Shown here one piece after another: positions 35,401 to 40,188 of a stretch of DNA of 40,188 bases. Below the pieces are notes generated by a model that saw only the letters and a list, made by a program, of their open reading frames with translations, searched no databases and was not told where the DNA came from. The position numbers and the translations under genes were made by a program. Source of the stretch: a virus (lineage: Duplodnaviria > Caudoviricetes); the IMG/VR virus record IMGVR_UViG_3300032232_000455, positions 1 through 40,188 of that record. One strand, 5' to 3'. The stretch's first letter is position 1; each line of letters opens with the position of its first letter.

Positions 35401-38400
35401 TGCTTGTCCAAACTTCTCAAGGTTCTTCTCGAAGTGTGCAGCAACAGAATCAATCCATGCCTTAGGGTTGTTGCGTGCTTCATCAACTGAGAATGTATGT
35501 GTAGCGCCACGAACTGCAACAGAGTAACCTGATGTAGGTACATCTCCAGTAAATGAAACTGTTGCTCCACCATTTGCAATGGTATCTTCAATAAGTTTAG
35601 CAACACGAGATTCCTCAGAAAGCAACTGCTGCTGCTTCTTGATTGCATCTAAACGCTGCTCAGCAAGACGGACAGATGGTTGTTGTCCAAAGGCTTCAAC
35701 CATGTCAGGGTCAACAAGTACTGTTGCGCCGCCATTAGCCTTTGTGTCAGGCAAAGTTAACTTGCCAACGCCGTTAGCACGCATCCAGCCAAGGATTGCA
35801 TCCTCTTTGCCTTCCCATGCTGCACGAGTTTTCCAACCAGCAGTCTCGCCTACACCAAGAATCTTCTGTAGTTCTGGGTAATCTTTTAGCCCTAGTTGAG
35901 TACGGTTGCCGTTAAACAAGCGCACATCAACAGGAAGTCCATATACCTTGTTGCCAAGGGTTGCACCTTGGTTTCCAGGCTTACGGATACGGAATGTGCC
36001 TTCAACAAGCATCTTCTGTGAAACATTGTATGGGTTGATAGAACGCCATTCACCACTCTGAGGGTTTAGAAGTTCTACCTGATTGCCATTGTCAGTGCTA
36101 TTGATAAAGCCATCGCGCATGTCTGCTGCGATAGTTTCCATAGAAAGTGAAGGCTTCTTTATTTTACCTTCTTTGACAAGTTCGCCTTCACGATTGCGAA
36201 GGTTCTTTGGCATTGTGTATGCGCGACCAGTCTTGCGCTTGTAAATTTCAGAGGCTGAAATCTGTGGCATAGCAGCATCGGCATAGCGATTAGCAATGTC
36301 CTGAGACATGCTCATTGCTAGTGGACGAGTGCTGTCAAGTCCATTCATTGCAGTAGGTGTTCCGTGATAGAGATACTCACCAGTTGCGTACTGGAACACA
36401 TCAATGATTTCCTTGAGTTGTCCCTCGTCCAACTTGCCGTTCATGTACGCACGCTCTGCTGCTGGAAGATAAGCAAGCAGTTCGTTGTACATGCGGTCAG
36501 CAGCACCAAACTCGTACTGCTTCTCAGCAAACAAACGGCGCAATAGAACTGAATCTTCACGCTGTCCCTGTGCTACAAGGCGGCGGTCTGTGATTCGCTC
36601 AACATCGCGGACACGGTTTGTGTACCATGCATCAAAACCTTCGCGGTTCAAGTCACCTAGAGCCATCAAGCCGTAGCCCTTAGCCATAATAGAAAGACTT
36701 GCTTCTGACACATTTCGCACTGTGTAACCAAGGCGAAGAAGAACAGAAGCCTTCCACATATCATTCAAGATGGCTGTGGTGTAACGGAATGAGTCTGGGT
36801 CTACTACATTGAAGCCACCTTCAAGAGCAGTCAACAAGCCCTTATTCTTTGTAAGAACGCGCTCGTAATTCTCAAGGTCAACCATTGGTAGTGCGTTGGC
36901 ACCTTGGCGCTCTAGGTACGGAATCTTAAGGATGACATCATCGTTAGTCATTAAGAACTTGCGGTCACGAATCATAGAGCGTGCAGTCTCACGGCGAGAC
37001 TTGTATGCGCCCCAAATCTGTGCACCTGCTTCATCAGAGACACCAAGTTTGCGGTTTATAGAAGTAATTGCTAAATCTTCAAATGACTCAACTACACGAG
37101 CACGAAGTTCAGGAGTACCGCCTGACTGGATGTAATCGTTTAAATGTCTTGCAATGATTGGGTTTGCTTCTTCTCCAACAACACGGCGAAGAAGATTGCC
37201 AAATGCCGCAATTTCGTTATACGAATCAGAATCATTAAGGTTGATATATCCTGCTGGTTTTTCCTGGAAAGCATCGCCCACCTTTGTCACACCAAAGTTA
37301 ACAACCGCAACGAGTGGGTGATACTTGGTTGGTTGAAAGTAACCTACTGTAGGAAAGTTTGTTGGTGTATCTATATCATCTGCTTTGCCACGGACACGAG
37401 CAGCACGGCGTTCAGCGCGGTTAATTGCCATCTTCTCAAATGGTGATGCACCAAATGTACGCTTAGTTAAATCAGCACCCCTGTCATTAAGGGTAGTTAG
37501 ATAACGGAAGTAAACATCCTCATCAAGTGATTGAACCAAAGCCTCTGCTGCATCTAACTTATTGATGTCATCAACAATGCCGTTGGTTGGAATATTATCC
37601 AACATATTTATTTCAGTCATGGATGTATCTTTGATTTTATCCATAACAAATGCTAAATCCTTGCGCTTAGCAACAAGATTACCCATAGAATTTTTGTCTT
37701 TAAAAACTGTAGCCATAAGGGTATCTGCTACATCATCTACAGTTTTTGCCTCACCAAGTAGATATGACAATGTATCTGCATCGTTAGATGCTTCAATCAT
37801 TGGGTGACTGCGTATTGCAACTTGGTCGCTTTTAGCCATCCATGAAAGCGTATTGTAAAGTTCTCCGCCTTCTTCACGCCCTGCGTTAATGTTATCTGCA
37901 AGTGCTTTTGGAGAAATAATAGTTGTCTTACGGATGCTCTTTGGCATGAAGAAGTCACGAGCCAAAGATGAAGCATTAGCATCAACTGCACCTACTGGTC
38001 GAGTTACATAAGCCTTACGAGCAAGACCTGCAGCCTTGCCAATCTTTCCTAGTGGGTCAGTTACTGTTGTAAAGAATGTATCGTAAGCACCAGTAATAGT
38101 GCGTAGCGACCAGTCTGTTTCAAAATCTTTTCGGTCATTAGGATTGAAGATGTCAAAACCTTCATCAAATCCCATAACCATATTTCCACTTATAGGAAAC
38201 TTTGATTGCAAATAAGCAAGTGCTTGTCCTGGAGAAATCTCATCACGGTTTTCCCATGACTTTTTTACATCACCTGTTGCAACAGTTGTTAGCGCTGCAG
38301 ATAATGGCTCACGAAGGTAACGACCACCAGTTTCGTAAGATACTTGTGCTGCTGGAAGCAAACCTTTTTGAATTGCAAAGCCTGCTGTTTTACGAATTGG

Positions 38401-38589
38401 GAAAGATAATCCTAATACGCTAGTACGAAATGTATCGCCAGCAATGTTAAAAGCATCGCCCACCCAATTCTTGTCATTAGATGACACAGAAGCAAGGTCG
38501 AACAATAAAGTCGGTAAGCCTATGTCGTTGGCAAATCCGTTACCTTGAAGTTTTTTGGCAAAATTGCCAACGGTATCAGTCCAACTCAA
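32485..38589 (-). CDS. Large (2034 aa) internal virion/ejection, polyvalent-type protein
   Basis: Size, position and C-terminal MPFFNAW-type motif; embedded candidate domains (see findings). Confidence 0.7.
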   Translation of the reverse strand: MSWTDTVGNFAKKLQGNGFANDIGLPTLLFDLASVSSNDKNWVGDAFNIAGDTFRTSVLGLSFPIRKTAGFAIQKGLLPAAQVSYETGGRYLREPLSAALTTVATGDVKKSWENRDEISPGQALAYLQSKFPISGNMVMGFDEGFDIFNPNDRKDFETDWSLRTITGAYDTFFTTVTDPLGKIGKAAGLARKAYVTRPVGAVDANASSLARDFFMPKSIRKTTIISPKALADNINAGREEGGELYNTLSWMAKSDQVAIRSHPMIEASNDADTLSYLLGEAKTVDDVADTLMATVFKDKNSMGNLVAKRKDLAFVMDKIKDTSMTEINMLDNIPTNGIVDDINKLDAAEALVQSLDEDVYFRYLTTLNDRGADLTKRTFGASPFEKMAINRAERRAARVRGKADDIDTPTNFPTVGYFQPTKYHPLVAVVNFGVTKVGDAFQEKPAGYINLNDSDSYNEIAAFGNLLRRVVGEEANPIIARHLNDYIQSGGTPELRARVVESFEDLAITSINRKLGVSDEAGAQIWGAYKSRRETARSMIRDRKFLMTNDDVILKIPYLERQGANALPMVDLENYERVLTKNKGLLTALEGGFNVVDPDSFRYTTAILNDMWKASVLLRLGYTVRNVSEASLSIMAKGYGLMALGDLNREGFDAWYTNRVRDVERITDRRLVAQGQREDSVLLRRLFAEKQYEFGAADRMYNELLAYLPAAERAYMNGKLDEGQLKEIIDVFQYATGEYLYHGTPTAMNGLDSTRPLAMSMSQDIANRYADAAMPQISASEIYKRKTGRAYTMPKNLRNREGELVKEGKIKKPSLSMETIAADMRDGFINSTDNGNQVELLNPQSGEWRSINPYNVSQKMLVEGTFRIRKPGNQGATLGNKVYGLPVDVRLFNGNRTQLGLKDYPELQKILGVGETAGWKTRAAWEGKEDAILGWMRANGVGKLTLPDTKANGGATVLVDPDMVEAFGQQPSVRLAEQRLDAIKKQQQLLSEESRVAKLIEDTIANGGATVSFTGDVPTSGYSVAVRGATHTFSVDEARNNPKAWIDSVAAHFEKNLEKFGQADHFGTWVEDIDGVPHIWAEPTNVIVDKVKAARLGLDRNQKSVADLAAIKRKDWDNATINTQGTGDVDATAEFALGQGTKASAGNVPRGAQGVRRVIGTEGFGKRISELEAILSTRKYPTDGLVALVREFADGQAAAKRDMNGLLTRLDARLVEEGKMAAPRAIQGTGRRQETLFDGTVVEIDDAYRGELGNILLSRTDSAESYRRFVDHPSQLFAAEHTNFTEARLTPKMPEYYTGYANQLNTFFRSPDGRIDPMIEMFLNGMKPEQAVAWLRKPENIAYARKFNIDVPGIKVMSERLNVSMDAEDFVGELYSAYNRYLPDRQVQEAFRNGEATEQFLRTHFMDNPDMPDIIGRIVPTSPEAANWREGMSKVVERAFHFLGSLPETTVARHPLARQIYRSEYKNRLNIALATKRLNEGDAAELTVDEINNLRMQVIEATRKEVNSTLFTIIRKSYAGEKMRFIMPFFNAWENTIRRWYGLTKDNPAVAARAGQVISSLRNQPNVVDEDGNPTTEFSYDNKIVLPMPEGAIQAVSLIPGWGKGMAEALRSSGTQMSIPVRSLDILFQGEAIAGFGPIVTIPVNELVKMKPDLEDLVTSTVLPVLPFGPQESSLRQLFPPAAQKLISLKGQDEAWSRTFNTVYRYELIRFNLGERNTLPELGEIKTLADNMYRVKMLSNLVMPFAAQYDSPLSFYTQQFRRLQQVYGQDAESLFLEMYPEMGAALVSSSYNPTGANASQAAFKNIQKYSGLIGKIGQTTPEMIGFLVNDPDGKYDFSEAVYAWQYGNAPVPGSTENYRGRRNPADLKKDANVKMGWIEFRKNMNLLDSQLFAQGYNSYNESGAEELQTLKQMMVADMTNRNKDWAADYYSVDRGKWVYRMESMRTMLSDPTWMKENSQRPVVQAMGVYLNLRTQVARELASRKAYGMSSTLAAKDNADLDGLWNQTIAQLLQGSPEFEDFYNRFLQNDPVTLG

Positions 38590-39017
38590 AGTACACTCTT
38601 TAGGTATCGTACATAGTTACGGAAAGAATTTGATGTTTGTGGTAACTCTGCAAGCGTAGAAAGGTACGGTAATGCCGCACGCATACGGTCTGCATCTTCT
38701 GAGTTTGCCATTGAATCTGTTGCATACATTGTGTCTTGTGCTATAGTTGCACCAGTGCGTACATCTTCATCAGGGCGTTGAGTTCCTGATGTTAGTGGTA
38801 CAAGCGGTGTTGCGCTATCGCCTCGAAATGGTCGTTGACCCGATGGTGAAGGAATGTTAGAGAAGGCAGGGTTCGAGCCACTTAGTTGTGCTGCAGTTTG
38901 CAGGTCATAGAAATCCTGTGCTCCGTCTATGCCTGCTGCATAGCGTGCTGGTTGACCATTAGTTCCCGCTCCGCCTGTTGCGGATACCTCAAAGTTTTTG
39001 TCTTTTGGCAGTGCCAT
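38586..39017 (-). CDS. Hypothetical protein
   Basis: GAGGG RBS; 4-nt overlap with the large gene. Confidence 0.75.
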   Translation of the reverse strand: MALPKDKNFEVSATGGAGTNGQPARYAAGIDGAQDFYDLQTAAQLSGSNPAFSNIPSPSGQRPFRGDSATPLVPLTSGTQRPDEDVRTGATIAQDTMYATDSMANSEDADRMRAALPYLSTLAELPQTSNSFRNYVRYLKSVL

Positions 39018-39055
39018 AGTTCCCTCACAATTAAGTTCAGTCTTTTAAAATTAGT

Positions 39056-39083
39056 TGAGCAGTTTTAAATCATGCTCAGGATT
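39056..39083 (-). ncRNA. Candidate H-type pseudoknot, copy 2
   Basis: AAUC-CUGAGCAU-GAUU-UAAAAC-UGCUCA. Confidence 0.55.
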
Positions 39084-39088
39084 AAGAA

Positions 39089-39262
39089 TTACTTACCTGA
39101 CCCGCGTGTGCCACTTGGTTGCTTTGTTGTGTACAACATACCTGACTTATTAGACATCTTCTTAACAGATGATTTCATAGGCTTCTGGTAGTTAGGCTTA
39201 CCTGCTGAACCTTGGTTCGCTGGCTTCTTGCCTGCTGGCTTCTTTGCTGTTGCTTTCTTCAT
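39089..39262 (-). CDS. Small basic protein (57 aa, MKKATAKKPAGKKP...)
   Basis: Own translation; GGGGGTG RBS; directly after the portal. Confidence 0.7.
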   Translation of the reverse strand: MKKATAKKPAGKKPANQGSAGKPNYQKPMKSSVKKMSNKSGMLYTTKQPSGTRGSGK

Positions 39263-39275
39263 TTTTTCACCCCCT

Positions 39276-40188
39276 TTATACTGGTACTCGGCGTTGCAGA
39301 GAAGCCTGTAAATTAGGTTCGCCTCCCTGTGTTAATCCTGCTAAAAGAGATTGAATATCTGGACGACCACCTGGCATAATTTGTCCAGGTGCTACGCCTT
39401 GCATGCGACCAGTTGCACTCATGCCCATTGGAAGTTGCCCCTCACCTGGCGGGACCGCACCTGGCTGCCCAAGCATGTCGGGACTTACCACACCCTCAGG
39501 GGTCATCGCACCAGGTGGGGGATTCTGTGGTTTAAACGCATCAGAAACCGCAACCTCAATAGAGGTTCCCTTCTGGCGTGCATCAATGACTGCTGAAAGT
39601 TTGTAAAGAATGTCAGATGGGTCCTGACCTTGAGAAGCAAGTGCTGGAATAGCCTGAGCATAAGAAGCAATCGCTTGCTTCATCGCATCGCGCAGTTCTT
39701 CTGTGTCAACTTTTTCTTCTTCTTGTGTTGCATTGAAAGAAAAAGGCATCTGACGGCGTAAGAAGTCGCGTGAAATCAACTTATCTCCACGAGCCTGTAG
39801 ACCAAATACCAAAGCGCGGTTAGGGTCAAGTCCTGCCATCAAACCATATTGGACATCTACGGTGTAATCACCATCAATGTCTTTAGATGGCTTGTATTTA
39901 ATGTTATATGGAGTTCCATTGCGAGTGCCGCGTAGGTTTTTCTCGTCATTTTTAAATACCATCTCGTCAACTTTGAGAGCAAGGCTCATCAACTCGACAA
40001 ATGCACGAGCAAACATTGCGTGTGCTGTTTTAATTTGTGTATCGAATCCACCCATAAGGGCTTGAACACCACGACCTGTAACGATTGAAGCATCAATGTT
40101 ACCTGTACGAGATTCAGGATAACGAGAGCCTAAACGCAACTCTCCTTCAAGAACCTGTTGCTGTGCAAAAGCACCTGCTGGTATCTCA
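39276..40188 (-). CDS. Portal protein, C-terminal part
   Basis: In frame with 1..1040 across the circular join; Pro/Gly/Met-rich tail typical of podovirus-like portals. Confidence 0.85.
   Translation of the reverse strand, partial: EIPAGAFAQQQVLEGELRLGSRYPESRTGNIDASIVTGRGVQALMGGFDTQIKTAHAMFARAFVELMSLALKVDEMVFKNDEKNLRGTRNGTPYNIKYKPSKDIDGDYTVDVQYGLMAGLDPNRALVFGLQARGDKLISRDFLRRQMPFSFNATQEEEKVDTEELRDAMKQAIASYAQAIPALASQGQDPSDILYKLSAVIDARQKGTSIEVAVSDAFKPQNPPPGAMTPEGVVSPDMLGQPGAVPPGEGQLPMGMSATGRMQGVAPGQIMPGGRPDIQSLLAGLTQGGEPNLQASLQRRVPV
40066..40188. repeat. Terminal direct repeat, copy 2
   Basis: Identical to 1..123. Confidence 0.97.

Noticed and set aside
40066-40188. 123-bp terminal repeat as the biological genome end
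   Set aside because: It falls mid-portal gene; best explained as circular-assembly overlap

Overview
This window looks like the complete, circularly assembled genome (40,065 bp unique; 1..123 = 40066..40188) of a lytic tailed phage. It is probably podovirus-like: no tape-measure or major tail gene is recognisable, and there are large internal-virion genes. The host is inferred to be a low-GC actinobacterium, from the WhiB, actinobacterial-type transglycosylase, split primase and Cas4-like nuclease. Layout: a non-coding control region (~2.95-3.75 kb); a + strand early module (SprT-like, amidoligase, class-II glutamine amidotransferase, small ORFs, transglycosylase, WhiB); a - strand replication/transcription module (Cas4-like exonuclease, helicase, glycosyltransferase, resolvase, split primase, sigma factor, dNMP kinase); and a - strand late module (terminase, portal spanning the origin, internal virion proteins, scaffold, capsid, tail, lysis). 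I recognised no integrase, DNA polymerase, tRNA or CRISPR array. The most notable unexplained signals are four. (1) A candidate ~45-nt sRNA with its own promoter at ~9020, whose loop UUCCAGUC is complementary to a GA(C/T)TGGA motif in the ribosome-binding region of four early genes. (2) At least 37 copies of the palindrome GTTTAAAC, concentrated at 3.2-13.3 kb. (3) A two-copy covarying pseudoknot and a tRNA-shaped minihelix. (4) Possible enzymatic domains inside the 2034-aa virion protein. All product calls come from motif recognition by eye; no searches were run.
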